Shown here in pieces: positions 49,376 to 59,540 of a stretch of 64,000 nucleotides of DNA. The first letter of the stretch is position 1, and each line of letters opens with the position of its first letter. The notes below the pieces were generated by a model that had not been told where the DNA came from, made no database searches, and saw only the letters and a list, made by a program, of their open reading frames with translations. The DNA is taken from positions 36,157 to 100,156 of the forward strand of contig DATKPE010000033.1 of assembly GCA_035524335.1 (NCBI GenBank), given 5' to 3'. The position numbers and the translations under genes are program-made. The stretch comes from Bacteroidota bacterium. Its GTDB lineage: Bacteria; Bacteroidota; Ignavibacteria; UBA10030; SZUA-254.

Positions 49376-52003
49376 ATGAATTCAACCCCCTTAATGAAGC
49401 AATACGCCCAGCTGAAGGCGAAGTACCCCGATACGGTCCTTCTTTTTCGCCTGGGTGATTTTTACGAGACATTTGAGGACGACGCGGCGATCACGTCACG
49501 GGTTCTCGGTCTGACCCTCACGCGAAGGAACAACGGCGCCGCCGGCGACATCCCCCTTGCCGGGTTCCCCTACCACGCGCTGGAATCGTACATGCCGAAG
49601 CTCCTGAAAGCGGGGTACCGGGTGGCGGTCTGCGAACAGATGGAGGATCCAAAATTCGCCAAGGGACTCGTCAAAAGGGAAGTCACCGAAGTGGTGACCC
49701 CGGGCGTCTCCTATTCCGACACCGTTCTGGACCGGAAGAAAAACAACTACCTTCTCTCCCTCGCGCTTCCGAGTGCAGTCGCGACCGGAGATACGCTCAT
49801 CGGCATCTCCTGGGTTGACGTATCCACCGGTGAATTCCGGGCGGCGGAACTCCGCTTTTCCGACGCTGTCAACCACATCCTCTCCCTCCAGCCGGCCGAA
49901 ATTCTGGTACAGAAACGCGACCGCGAAACAATTGAGGATCTCCTCCGGAATTCAACCTCGCCGGTGATTTCAAAACTCGACGACTGGATTTTCACCTACG
50001 AGTACGCCTACGAGCTTCTCATCGGACAGTTCAAAACCCAGACACTGAAGGGATTCGGAATGGAGGAATTCCGCCCCGGCATCATCGCCGCAGGGGCGAT
50101 TCTCAACTACCTCCAGGAAACGCAGAAGTCGAACCTCCTCCACATCACAAAAATCACCCCCTTTCAGCCGTCCGATTATATCGCTCTCGATCCCTCCACA
50201 AAGCGAAACCTGGAGATCATCCGTTCCATCGAGGGAAAAGAGGACGGCACCCTCTTCTGGGTACTCGACCGGACCACAACTCCGATGGGAGCCCGGTTGC
50301 TGAAACAGTGGCTCAACCGCCCGCTCAGGTCTCTCCCGCTCATCCGCGAACGGCTGGAGGCGGTGCGGGGTCTTTTCCGTGATCATTCCCTCCGGGAAAA
50401 GCTCTCCGCCGAGCTTGCGACGATCGGCGACCTGGAACGGCTCATCTCCAGAATATCGACACAGCGGGCGACGCCGAGGGAAGTCGCGGCATTCCATCTC
50501 ATGCTTGGAGGATGCGAACGGGTCAAATCCCTTGTGAGCGACGCGTGCCGGGCGGACGAGTCTCTTCGCCTGGCGGGTTTTGCCGACGCCATCGATCCGC
50601 TCACCGGCCTGCGGAAAACCATCGCCGCAACGCTGAGCGACGACCCGCCCGCCCTTCTCGGGGACGGCGGCGTGATCCGGACCGGATTCAACAGCGAACT
50701 CGACGAACTCCGGTCGATCGCCGTGAACGGCAAAAGCTGGATCGCTCATCTCCAGAAATCGGAACGTGAACGGACCGGCATCTCCTCACTGAAAATCGGG
50801 TTCAACAACGTGTTCGGCTACTATATCGAAATCACGAACACGCACAAGGAGAAGGTCCCTCTCGACCGCTATCACCGGAAGCAAACCCTGGCTAACGCTG
50901 AGCGGTATATCACCCCCGAACTGAAGGAATATGAAGAGAAAATCCTCCATGCGGAGGAAAAGATCGGCGCGCTGGAAAACGAGCTCTTCACAAAGCTCCG
51001 GCAGGCAATAGCCGCCGAGGCCGTCCGGGTCCAGCAGAACGCATCGCTGATCGCGACGCTCGACTGTTTCACGGCGCTTGCAGGGGTGGCGCACGAACAG
51101 CGCTATACGGAACCGGAAGTCGACGACGGGGAGATCATCGAGATCCGCGAGGGCCGGCACCCGGTGATTGAAAAACTGCTCCCCCCGGGCGAGACCTTTA
51201 CGCCGAATGACGTCGTTCTCGACAACGGTGAAAACCAGATACAGATCATCACCGGCCCTAACATGAGCGGCAAGTCGAGCTACCTCCGCCAGACGGGGCT
51301 CATCGTTCTCCTTGCGCAGACGGGCAGTTTCGTCCCCGCCGCCCGCGCCCGGATAGGGCTGGTCGACCGGATCTACACCCGCGTGGGCGCCAGCGACAAT
51401 ATCTCCTCCGGCGAGAGTACCTTCCTCGTGGAAATGCACGAAGCCGCCAACATCGTCAATACCGCATCCGCCCGGAGTCTCATTCTGCTCGACGAAGTCG
51501 GACGGGGAACAAGCACCTTCGACGGCATCAGCATCGCCTGGGCGCTTACGGAGTACCTTGCCAACCGGATCGGCGCGAAAACCCTCTTCGCCACCCACTA
51601 TCACGAGCTGAACGAGCTTGCCGACCTGTTTCCCCGGATCAAAAATCTCAAGGTCGAAGTGCGCGAATACGGCGACAAAGTAATCTTCCTCCATAAAGTC
51701 ACGCCGGGTTTCGCGGACCACTCATACGGAATCCAGGTCGCACAAATGGCGGGGCTTCCGGAGGAAATCATCCGGCGAGCAACCACCATTCTCCACAACC
51801 TCGAACAGAGCGACCTGACACCCCATGGCGCCGGACGGAAACCGAAAGGACGGATCGGTGCATCGGAAATGCAGCTCACTCTCTTTGAAATGAAGGATGA
51901 TGCGCTCCGCGAGGAACTGAACCGGATCGACCCCGAAAAGATGACCCCCCTCGACGCACTGCAGAAGCTCATCGATCTGAAAAAAAAGTCCGGATCGTCC
52001 TGA
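49376..52003 (+). CDS. mutS: DNA mismatch repair protein MutS
   Basis: TPLMKQYAQLKAKYPD aligns with the E. coli MutS N-terminus. Walker A GPNMSGKSSYLRQ and STFLVEMHEAA motifs. Start at ATG 49376 with GGAG 4 nt upstream; the alternative is 49343. Confidence 0.9.
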   Translation: MNSTPLMKQYAQLKAKYPDTVLLFRLGDFYETFEDDAAITSRVLGLTLTRRNNGAAGDIPLAGFPYHALESYMPKLLKAGYRVAVCEQMEDPKFAKGLVKREVTEVVTPGVSYSDTVLDRKKNNYLLSLALPSAVATGDTLIGISWVDVSTGEFRAAELRFSDAVNHILSLQPAEILVQKRDRETIEDLLRNSTSPVISKLDDWIFTYEYAYELLIGQFKTQTLKGFGMEEFRPGIIAAGAILNYLQETQKSNLLHITKITPFQPSDYIALDPSTKRNLEIIRSIEGKEDGTLFWVLDRTTTPMGARLLKQWLNRPLRSLPLIRERLEAVRGLFRDHSLREKLSAELATIGDLERLISRISTQRATPREVAAFHLMLGGCERVKSLVSDACRADESLRLAGFADAIDPLTGLRKTIAATLSDDPPALLGDGGVIRTGFNSELDELRSIAVNGKSWIAHLQKSERERTGISSLKIGFNNVFGYYIEITNTHKEKVPLDRYHRKQTLANAERYITPELKEYEEKILHAEEKIGALENELFTKLRQAIAAEAVRVQQNASLIATLDCFTALAGVAHEQRYTEPEVDDGEIIEIREGRHPVIEKLLPPGETFTPNDVVLDNGENQIQIITGPNMSGKSSYLRQTGLIVLLAQTGSFVPAARARIGLVDRIYTRVGASDNISSGESTFLVEMHEAANIVNTASARSLILLDEVGRGTSTFDGISIAWALTEYLANRIGAKTLFATHYHELNELADLFPRIKNLKVEVREYGDKVIFLHKVTPGFADHSYGIQVAQMAGLPEEIIRRATTILHNLEQSDLTPHGAGRKPKGRIGASEMQLTLFEMKDDALREELNRIDPEKMTPLDALQKLIDLKKKSGSS

Positions 52004-52030
52004 CCCACATTTTTCCGGAGAACCGCTCCC

Positions 52031-52540
52031 ATGAATCTGACCGAAATCAGAGAATTATTCCGGTACAACAGCTGGGCGCACCGGCGGATGTTCGACATCG
52101 TCGCACAGGTTCCCCATAACCTCTACATGCAGAGCGCCGGGACGAGTCACGGCAGTCTCCACGGCACCGTCACCCATACCATCGGGGCCGAGGGGCTCTG
52201 GCTCCTCCGCTGGAACGGACATTCCCCGACCGCCCTCCCTTCGCCGGCGGATTTCCCCGACTTCGCCGCCGTACGGAGTCAATGGGAGGAGACCGACAGG
52301 GATCTCCAGGCATTCTGCATCGCCCTCGCGACCGAAGAAAGTCTCGGCCGGGTTATCCGCTACACCGACCTGAAGGGCAATCAGCACAGCGAACAGCTTC
52401 ACCGGCTCATGAAGCATCTGGTGAATCATTCTTCCTACCACAGAGGCCAGATAGCGATGTTCCTGCGGCAGTACGGATGCATACCGGCGTCTACTGACCT
52501 GCTGATCTACTTCAGGGAGCATCCGGCTCCTGCATATTGA
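52031..52540 (+). CDS. DinB/YfiT-like (DinB_2) four-helix-bundle metalloprotein
   Basis: WAHRRMF...HGTVTHTIGAEGLW...HLVNHSSYHRGQI (His triad). Confidence 0.7.
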   Translation: MNLTEIRELFRYNSWAHRRMFDIVAQVPHNLYMQSAGTSHGSLHGTVTHTIGAEGLWLLRWNGHSPTALPSPADFPDFAAVRSQWEETDRDLQAFCIALATEESLGRVIRYTDLKGNQHSEQLHRLMKHLVNHSSYHRGQIAMFLRQYGCIPASTDLLIYFREHPAPAY

Positions 52541-52766
52541 CTTCAGATCCCCATTTCCATATCTTCGGATAATCCCTTTCGCTGACGGCTGAATGTCCGG
52601 ACCGCTGATCGGGCCCGGGCCCCCGGATGAATGAAACTGTCGCGATTGATGTCCCGCTCCCGCAGGCCCGGGACACGGATCCGCCTCAGCGTTCCTGTTT
52701 GGCATGGCCGGCGGGGAGGGTGCATATCCACCCCCGGAACGGCCGCTCCATGCGGAGAGGAACACC

Positions 52767-55700
52767 ATGAACCGAATTTCGCAGATCCTGATCGCCCTTT
52801 CCATCGCCGGCGCAGTCGCCGCCGGTATCATTGCCGGATTCAAACCGCCGCCTGCCGAACGCGAAGATGCGACAGGCGCACTGCAGGCGCTCGATTTCTG
52901 GACACGGGCGCGGGCCTATCCACGAAACGATATTCCCCCCGGAAAATACGCGTCCGCCGTCCGGCATGTCCGTCAGACGATGAAACGGCTCCCCCCCTCG
53001 GTGAACGGAAATTCGGTCTGGACATCGATCGGTCCGATGAATCTGTCCGGCCGTGCGCTGAGCGTGGCGGTCAACCCGCAGAACAGCAGTACGGTCTATG
53101 TCGGATCCGCGAGCGGAGGCCTCTGGCGGTCATACACTGCCGGTCTTGAGGGAGACTGGCAGCGCGTCCCGACCGGATATCCGGTCCTGGGCGTTGGCGC
53201 AATCGCGTTTGTGCCCCACGATTCCACACGTATGTATATCGGAACGGGAGAGGTCTATCAGTACCGAACCGCCCTCGGAGGGTTAATCATCCGGACAACC
53301 CGTGGAAGCTATGGAATCGGCATTCTCAAATCGATCGATGGCGGGAAAAGCTGGCAGAAATCGCTCGACTGGTCGATGGATCAGGAAGCCGGGGTCGACT
53401 GCATCCGGATCAACCCGCTCAATCCCTCCACTCTTTTGGCGGGGACGAGCGAGGGGATCCTCAAATCGACCGACGCGGGGACATCCTGGACCAACGTCCT
53501 TCCGTATCAGATGGCGGAGGATATTCTCATCAATCCGCAAGACACGACAACCGCCATTGCAGTCGTCGGAAACTTCAACAGCGATTATGCCGGGCTGTAT
53601 TATTCGTTCGATGCAGGCGACGACTGGTACAACGTGCCGACCTTCCCAGCCTTTTCGGGGAAAGTGAAGCTGGAAATGTACCAGGCCTCCCCCAACGTCG
53701 TCTATGCAAGTGTTGCAGACAGCACGACGAGCGTCAGTTCGCTCTGGCGTTCGACCAATTTCGGCGCTTCGTGGCGCGAGGTGAACGGCACCGATGTCGC
53801 CGGAGTCCAGGGGTGGTATTCACACTATGTCGCAGTGCACCCGAACGATTCTTCCCAGATCATCAGGGGAGGCATTGATATTTTCAAATCGGTGACGGGC
53901 GGATCCACATTCTTCGGCGCCGCGGGCTCGTATTCGGATCATCACGGCTTCGCCCACGATCCGAACAACCCCGACATCATTTACGACGCCAACGACGACG
54001 GACTCTACCGGTCGACCGATTTCGGGGAAACCTACACCTGGGTCAGCTACGGCATGCAGACGGGACAATTTTACAACGGATTTTCCTGCTCCTCCCAGGA
54101 TTCCCTCTTTGCCATCGGCCAGGTTCAGGATCATATCCCGGGCTATTCCTATTTCGGAAGTCAGGACTGGGGCAGAACAGCCGTCGACGAATGCGGCTGG
54201 ACCGCCGCCAATCCGCTCAACGATCATCAGCTCTACGCCGTCGACAGGAACGGCGGATCGGTATACCGGTCGACCGACCGCGGGAATTTGTTTCTTCCAC
54301 TTTACGGGGATACGGAATTCGGCGCCTGGAACACTCCTGTCGCAATCGCCCCTTCCAACCCGTCAGTCCTTTACTTTGCCAAAAATTCGATTCACAAAAG
54401 CACCGACGGCGGCACAACATGGTACAATACCGGCTCGTATGTCACGAACGACGGCGATGTCGCTATTTCCATGGCAATTGCTCCAACCAGCCCCGACACC
54501 GTTTTCATCGGCAAGGCCCCGTATACCCCCGGACATGCGCATATCTACAGGACTGTGAACGGCGGCCTGTCCTGGGTCGATGTCACAGGGACTCTTCCCG
54601 ATGCATACCCGCTTGACATCGCAATCGACCCGCATCATGCATCGGTCGTTTACGCTGCCTACGGGGGATTCTTCACGGGACATATCTTCAAATCGATCAA
54701 TTGCGGCATCAGCTGGACGGACATCTCGGGATCGCTCCCCGACATTCCCGTCACCGCGATCGCGATCGATCCGCAGAATTCCTCCTACGTCTACATCGGA
54801 ACCGACGTCGGTGTGGAAGTTTCGACCGACGCCGGCGCCAGCTGGAACGATTTTTCAGAAGGACTTCCGGAAGCCATCCTCGTCTCCGACCTCGTCGTCT
54901 CCCCGAGCAACCGTATGCTGAGGGTCGTCACCCATGGGAATGGAGTATACGAACGCCCCCTGCCGGCCGTCATTCCGTTCGTGACCCTTCAGTCACCCGC
55001 CGGAGGGGAACATTGGGATGCGGTCGACGACCACCGCATCTCCTGGGATGAAGCGGGCGCACCGCTCCTCCGGCTGGAGATCTCCACCGACGGGGGATCC
55101 GGCTGGACGCTGATTGCCGACAGCGTAAACGGTTTCACGCGCTCGTATATCTGGCATACCCCCTACCTGGTAACCGATCAGGCCGTGATGAGAATCAGCG
55201 TCGACGGAAATCTCTCCGTCCACAGCCAGACGCCGGCCCCCTTTGCCCTCTATTATCACGGGGACGCCCTGCCGGTTTCGGCCGGATGGAACATGATTTC
55301 TCTTCCGGTCAATCCGAAAGACTCGGCCGCGGCAGATCTCTTCCCCGGCGCCAGCTCCCCGCTGTTTTCCTACACCGGAGGATCCGGTTACAGCTACAGC
55401 GGAACCGCTGCTCCCGGCCCGGGGTACTGGATCCGGTACGCATCGGCGCAGACCGTACTCCTCCCGGGCGACTCACTGACGATTCAACAGATCGCGGTCA
55501 CCACCGGCTGGAATCTCATCGGATCGATCGGGACTCCGATTCCGGCCGGTTCGATCGGCTCGATCCCCCCGGGGATCATCAGCGGAAATCTCTTCACCTA
55601 CAGTTCCTCCAGCGGCTACGTCATCGCCGATTCAATTACCCCCGGAAATGCATACTGGGTGAATACCACCTCTGCAGGGACGCTGACGCTTTCGACCATA

Positions 55701-56387
55701 CCGGTCCCTGCGGCGGGACGGACACCCGATGCAGAGGGAACTTCCGCACCGACAGATACAATATTCATGACCGATGATGCCGGACGGACCGGTTACCTGC
55801 TTGTCACGGACGGAGATGCGGCATCGGAGCAGAAAGAATCGGCCCTGCCGCCCGTTCCGCCCGAGGGCGCCTTCGACATCCGGTTTGCCGGCGACAGATT
55901 CCGGGCTGGTCTCTCCACTCCGGAAAACGGCATAAAGCCGATTCCACTGAGCCTTCGCGGTATCCGTTATCCGCTCCGGGTGCGATGCGGTCATTCACCC
56001 CTGTTTCCCCTCTCGATTTTTGTGAACGGAAAGGAGCGGCTTCTTCCGGCCGCGGGTGAACTCGTCGTGGCGGAACCGGGCACCGGCATCGCACTTGGAC
56101 GGAGCAGTACCTCCGGTCTGCCGGCGGCCTTCGCGCTTCACCAGAATTATCCGAATCCCTTCAATCCGTCTACCACCGTCCGGTTTGATCTCCCGGTCCA
56201 TTCCCATGTACGGCTCGATCTTTACTCGACGCTCGGTTCGTTCCTGGAGACCGTGTTCGAAGCCGATTCCCCCGCAGGAAGCAGATCCGTCGTCTGGAAC
56301 GGGGCAGGCCGCCCGAGCGGGGTCTATTTTCTCCGGATGACCGCAGGGAATTTCACCCGGACCGAGAAAATCGTCCTTCTCCGCTAA
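52767..56387 (+). CDS. secreted BNR/Asp-box repeat beta-propeller protein with C-terminal T9SS sorting domain
   Basis: SD GGAGAGG upstream, signal peptide, and more than six SxDxGxTW repeats (STDAGTSW, STNFGASW, STDGGTTW, SINCGISW, STDAGASW...). The C-terminal ~80 aa (NYPNPFNPSTTVRFDLPVHSHVRLDLY...GVYFLRMTAGNFTRTEKIVLLR) is a type-A T9SS sorting domain. Confidence 0.75.
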   Translation: MNRISQILIALSIAGAVAAGIIAGFKPPPAEREDATGALQALDFWTRARAYPRNDIPPGKYASAVRHVRQTMKRLPPSVNGNSVWTSIGPMNLSGRALSVAVNPQNSSTVYVGSASGGLWRSYTAGLEGDWQRVPTGYPVLGVGAIAFVPHDSTRMYIGTGEVYQYRTALGGLIIRTTRGSYGIGILKSIDGGKSWQKSLDWSMDQEAGVDCIRINPLNPSTLLAGTSEGILKSTDAGTSWTNVLPYQMAEDILINPQDTTTAIAVVGNFNSDYAGLYYSFDAGDDWYNVPTFPAFSGKVKLEMYQASPNVVYASVADSTTSVSSLWRSTNFGASWREVNGTDVAGVQGWYSHYVAVHPNDSSQIIRGGIDIFKSVTGGSTFFGAAGSYSDHHGFAHDPNNPDIIYDANDDGLYRSTDFGETYTWVSYGMQTGQFYNGFSCSSQDSLFAIGQVQDHIPGYSYFGSQDWGRTAVDECGWTAANPLNDHQLYAVDRNGGSVYRSTDRGNLFLPLYGDTEFGAWNTPVAIAPSNPSVLYFAKNSIHKSTDGGTTWYNTGSYVTNDGDVAISMAIAPTSPDTVFIGKAPYTPGHAHIYRTVNGGLSWVDVTGTLPDAYPLDIAIDPHHASVVYAAYGGFFTGHIFKSINCGISWTDISGSLPDIPVTAIAIDPQNSSYVYIGTDVGVEVSTDAGASWNDFSEGLPEAILVSDLVVSPSNRMLRVVTHGNGVYERPLPAVIPFVTLQSPAGGEHWDAVDDHRISWDEAGAPLLRLEISTDGGSGWTLIADSVNGFTRSYIWHTPYLVTDQAVMRISVDGNLSVHSQTPAPFALYYHGDALPVSAGWNMISLPVNPKDSAAADLFPGASSPLFSYTGGSGYSYSGTAAPGPGYWIRYASAQTVLLPGDSLTIQQIAVTTGWNLIGSIGTPIPAGSIGSIPPGIISGNLFTYSSSSGYVIADSITPGNAYWVNTTSAGTLTLSTIPVPAAGRTPDAEGTSAPTDTIFMTDDAGRTGYLLVTDGDAASEQKESALPPVPPEGAFDIRFAGDRFRAGLSTPENGIKPIPLSLRGIRYPLRVRCGHSPLFPLSIFVNGKERLLPAAGELVVAEPGTGIALGRSSTSGLPAAFALHQNYPNPFNPSTTVRFDLPVHSHVRLDLYSTLGSFLETVFEADSPAGSRSVVWNGAGRPSGVYFLRMTAGNFTRTEKIVLLR

Positions 56388-56404
56388 CCATCACTCAAGG
56401 TGCC

Positions 56405-57190
56405 ATGAACAGCCATCAGACCCTTCTTTGTTCCTCTTCCGACGGAATTCTCACCGTCACAATGAACCGTCCGGAAGTTTTCAACGCCCTTAACGAGCAG
56501 ATGAAAACGGAGCTGAATGCCGTTTTCGCCACCGACGCCGCCGCTCCCGACGTGCGGTGCGTGGTTCTCAGGGGTGCGGGCGACCGGGCCTTCTGTTCCG
56601 GCCAGGATCTGAAGGAGCACGGGAACGCCAGCCGGTCGCTCAGGGAATCCCTGCAGAAACAGTACAATCCCCTCATCCTGAAAATCAGACAGCTGGAAAA
56701 GCCGGTCATCGCCATGATCAACGGAGTGGCCGCGGGGGCGGGATGCAGTCTCGCACTTGCCTGCGATATGCGCATCATGTCGGCCTCCGCGAAACTGATC
56801 GAGGTGTTCATCCGGATCGGTCTGGTGCCGGATTCCGGCTCGCACTGGTTCCTTCCACGGCTTGCGGGAATGGCCCGGGCCTTTGAATACGCCGCCACCG
56901 GGAGGGATATCGGTCCCGAGGAAGCCGAGCGCGCGGGACTCGTGAATGCCGTCGCCCAGCCGGAAGCGCTGGAAGCCGAAACGATGTCTCTCGCACGGAC
57001 GCTCGCCTCCGGCCCGACCCGGTCGATCGGCCTCATCAAACGGACGCTCAATCAGGCGATGATATCCGATCTCCCCGCCCTCCTGGAGTACGAGGCGATG
57101 ATGCAGGAGATCGCTTCGCGCACCGCGGATCATCGCGAGGGAATTGCCGCTTTCCTGGAGAAGAGAAAAGCCCGGTTCACGGGCCGATAA
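56405..57190 (+). CDS. enoyl-CoA hydratase/isomerase (crotonase family)
   Basis: ILTVTMNRPEVFNAL...FCSGQDLKE...INGVAAGAGCSLALACD. Confidence 0.85.
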   Translation: MNSHQTLLCSSSDGILTVTMNRPEVFNALNEQMKTELNAVFATDAAAPDVRCVVLRGAGDRAFCSGQDLKEHGNASRSLRESLQKQYNPLILKIRQLEKPVIAMINGVAAGAGCSLALACDMRIMSASAKLIEVFIRIGLVPDSGSHWFLPRLAGMARAFEYAATGRDIGPEEAERAGLVNAVAQPEALEAETMSLARTLASGPTRSIGLIKRTLNQAMISDLPALLEYEAMMQEIASRTADHREGIAAFLEKRKARFTGR

Positions 57191-57196
57191 CCGGCT

Positions 57197-57238
57197 CGGC
57201 ACGCACCGGGCCGATCAGGTGCCGGTCTGTTCTTCCCC
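57197..57238 (+). terminator. possible weak terminator after the enoyl-CoA hydratase gene
   Basis: CGGCAC - 16-nt loop - GTGCCG, followed by GTCTGTTCTTCC. Confidence 0.25.
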
Positions 57239-57312
57239 TCCGGAGAGTGATAACCCGTTGTTTCTCAACGACGCATTCCGTACATTGGGGCCAGTCCTCT
57301 CCATCTGACACC

Positions 57313-58407
57313 ATGATTCCGATTCTTCTGTTTGTCCTGATCCTCTTATACGCCGCCGAGATGGGATGGCTTTACGCCGGCATCCAGCGGGCGGGCCGCT
57401 GTCGGCGGGTCGAAGATTACGAACCGGCGGTTTCGGTGATCGTCGCAGCCCGGAACGAGGAGGAATATATCGCCGGCTGTCTCCGGTCGCTTCTGAAGCT
57501 CGAATACCCCCGCGAAAAGCTGGAAATCATCATTGTCAATGACAGCTCCACCGACCGGACGGGCGAAATACTCTCCGGATTCCCTCCCGACCCGAGGATC
57601 AGGATATTGCAGACCACTCCCGGAAGCGGCAACCTGCACGGCAAGGCGAATGCGCTTGCCGCGGGGATCCGGGGCTCGCACGGTGAAATCATCATGCTGA
57701 CGGATGCCGACTGTACCGTCCGGCCCGGGTGGGTGCGGGAGACGGTCAAATATTTCACCCCCGGCACCGGAATCGTGGGCGGGTTCACGGTGCTGGAGGG
57801 ATCGGGGGCATTCAGCGGGATCCAGGCGCTCGACTGGTTCTTTCTCTTCAATGTCGCCGCAGGGACGGCGGGGTGGCGCTACCCGCTGACGGTCATCGGC
57901 AATAATTTCGCAGTGCGGCGCGAGGCGTATGAGGCCGCGGGAGGATATGAAGCGATCCCGTTCAGCGTGACGGAGGATTACGCACTGGTGCGGTCGATCG
58001 TGCGGACCGGCAGATTCGGCGTGGAGTTTCCGCGCGACGCCGGGTGCAGTGTGGAAAGCCGGCCCTGCAGAAATGCCGGACATCTTTTCCGGCAGAAACA
58101 ACGCTGGGGTGTCGGCGGACTCGACATGATTCTCGGGGGGATGCTCATCATGGCGGTCAGCTGGTGTACGCGGGTCATGGTGATCGCGGCGCTTCTGTAT
58201 ATGCCGCTGACGGCCGGGCTCGTTTCCGCCGCGCTTCTCTGCGTGACGGATCTCTGTTTCCTGACCGGGACCGCCCGGCGGTTCGGCGCGGCGCGGCGGC
58301 TCGGGTATTTTCCGCTCTTCGAACTCTATCTCACCTTCTACGCTCTCCTGATCCCCTTCGTAGCGCTCTTCAGCAGGAAGATCATCTGGAAACACCGCAG
58401 TCTGTAA
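57313..58407 (+). CDS. family 2 glycosyltransferase (membrane-anchored)
   Basis: N-terminal TM. SVIVAARNEE...IIVNDSSTD...LTDADC gives the GT2 DxD context. C-terminal TM helices. Start at MIPILLF (57313). Confidence 0.7.
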   Translation: MIPILLFVLILLYAAEMGWLYAGIQRAGRCRRVEDYEPAVSVIVAARNEEEYIAGCLRSLLKLEYPREKLEIIIVNDSSTDRTGEILSGFPPDPRIRILQTTPGSGNLHGKANALAAGIRGSHGEIIMLTDADCTVRPGWVRETVKYFTPGTGIVGGFTVLEGSGAFSGIQALDWFFLFNVAAGTAGWRYPLTVIGNNFAVRREAYEAAGGYEAIPFSVTEDYALVRSIVRTGRFGVEFPRDAGCSVESRPCRNAGHLFRQKQRWGVGGLDMILGGMLIMAVSWCTRVMVIAALLYMPLTAGLVSAALLCVTDLCFLTGTARRFGAARRLGYFPLFELYLTFYALLIPFVALFSRKIIWKHRSL

Positions 58408-58413
58408 ACGAAA

Positions 58414-58446
58414 AACCCCCGAACCGCGGGGAGCGGAACGGGGGTT
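58414..58446. terminator. GC-rich hairpin between convergent genes; candidate bidirectional intrinsic terminator
   Basis: AAAAA-AACCCCCG-(loop)-CGGGGGTT-AT. The A5 tract reads as U5 for the minus-strand regulator gene, and TT follows on the plus strand. Confidence 0.45.
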
Positions 58447-58473
58447 ATCGAGAGACGATCTGAAATCCGCCGG

Positions 58474-59502
58474 TCAGGCGCGCGAGCGCGAGCTGGCGAT
58501 ATTGAGGCGTTTCAGCTTGTACCGGAGGGTCTGCTCGGTCATGCCGAGGAAACCGGCCGCCTTCGACTGGTTGAACCCGAATTTCTGCAGTGCCCGTTCG
58601 ATGATCCCCTTCTCGATCGCATCGAGAGACTTGTCCAGAATGAAATCCTGCCCGTTCTGGATGTTGTTGATCATCTTCACGACCTCGGTCTTTTCGTCGA
58701 CGAGTTCGGGCGGGAGCATGAACCGGCCGCCGTTGGAGAAGAGGACCGATTTATCGATGACCGCCTTCAGCTCGCGGATATTCTCCCGCCAGCTCTGGCG
58801 GACGAGGACGTCGATGGCGTTGATATCGATGACCAGTTCCCCGATGCCGATTTCGTGGCAGAGTTCGTTGGCGAAATGTTTCACGAGGAGCGGGATATCC
58901 TCGGGGCGTTCGCGGAGCGGCGGAATTTCGAGCCGTTCGAAGTCGCTCAGCTTGGTGAACAGTTCCTCGAGCAGTTTCCGTTTATCCACGAGCGACCGGG
59001 GGTCCTCCTTCAGGGTAAAGATCAGGCGGATATCGATCGGTTCGGACTGGGAACCGCCGATGCGGCTCGTGAGCCGTTCATTCAGGAAGGTGAGGATCTT
59101 CATCTGATTACGGAAGCTGGCTTCCTCGACCTCCTCGATGAGGACGGTCCCGCCGTTGGCGATTTCGAAGAGGCCCCGTTTGGTGGTATAGGGAAGTCCT
59201 TCCGCGCCGCGGTCAAATCCGAAGAGAACCGCTTCGAGCTCCTTATCATCGAGGACGGAGAGGTTGATCGACATGAACGGCGATTTCGACCCCTCGACGG
59301 CGCCGAGAGAGTAGATGTTTTTGGCGACGGCGCCCTTCCCGACGCCGGCCTCGCCGACGATGACCACGTCGTTGCGGTTTTTTGCAAGTCTGCCGATCTG
59401 TTTCAGCAGCTGCTCGACGGCCCGGCTCTTGCCGATAATCGGGTATTCCATCGATCCGCCCTTCGCTTCATCGGGTGATTTTACCTTCTTGTCTTTATCC
59501 AT
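58474..59502 (-). CDS. sigma-54-activator-family (bEBP-like) AAA+ ATPase with Fis-type HTH, lacking an N-terminal sensory/receiver domain
   Basis: Walker A VGEAGVGKGAVAKN and a Walker B-like GGTVLIEEVEEA (EE where DE is usual). The GAFTGA region reads FGFDRGAEGLPYTTKRGLFEIANGG. R-finger/sensor II region present. C-terminal HTH AAGFLGMTEQTLRYKLKRL. Start set at MDKDKK (59502). Confidence 0.7.
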   Translation of the reverse strand: MDKDKKVKSPDEAKGGSMEYPIIGKSRAVEQLLKQIGRLAKNRNDVVIVGEAGVGKGAVAKNIYSLGAVEGSKSPFMSINLSVLDDKELEAVLFGFDRGAEGLPYTTKRGLFEIANGGTVLIEEVEEASFRNQMKILTFLNERLTSRIGGSQSEPIDIRLIFTLKEDPRSLVDKRKLLEELFTKLSDFERLEIPPLRERPEDIPLLVKHFANELCHEIGIGELVIDINAIDVLVRQSWRENIRELKAVIDKSVLFSNGGRFMLPPELVDEKTEVVKMINNIQNGQDFILDKSLDAIEKGIIERALQKFGFNQSKAAGFLGMTEQTLRYKLKRLNIASSRSRA

Positions 59503-59540
59503 ACTATCCTCGTAGTAAATAAATCGTCCTGCCACAACCG

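Noticed and set aside
50786-51721. 311-aa minus-strand ORF inside mutS
   Set aside because: It is antisense to mutS.
52541-52766. GC-rich 226-bp leader upstream of the T9SS cargo gene as a possible ncRNA or riboswitch
   Set aside because: I see no conserved riboswitch core or convincing secondary-structure pattern by eye. The overlapping 172-aa ORF (52631..53149) is arginine-rich and implausible.
56384-58395. Minus-strand ORFs opposite the enoyl-CoA hydratase and GT2 genes
   Set aside because: They are antisense to motif-bearing genes.
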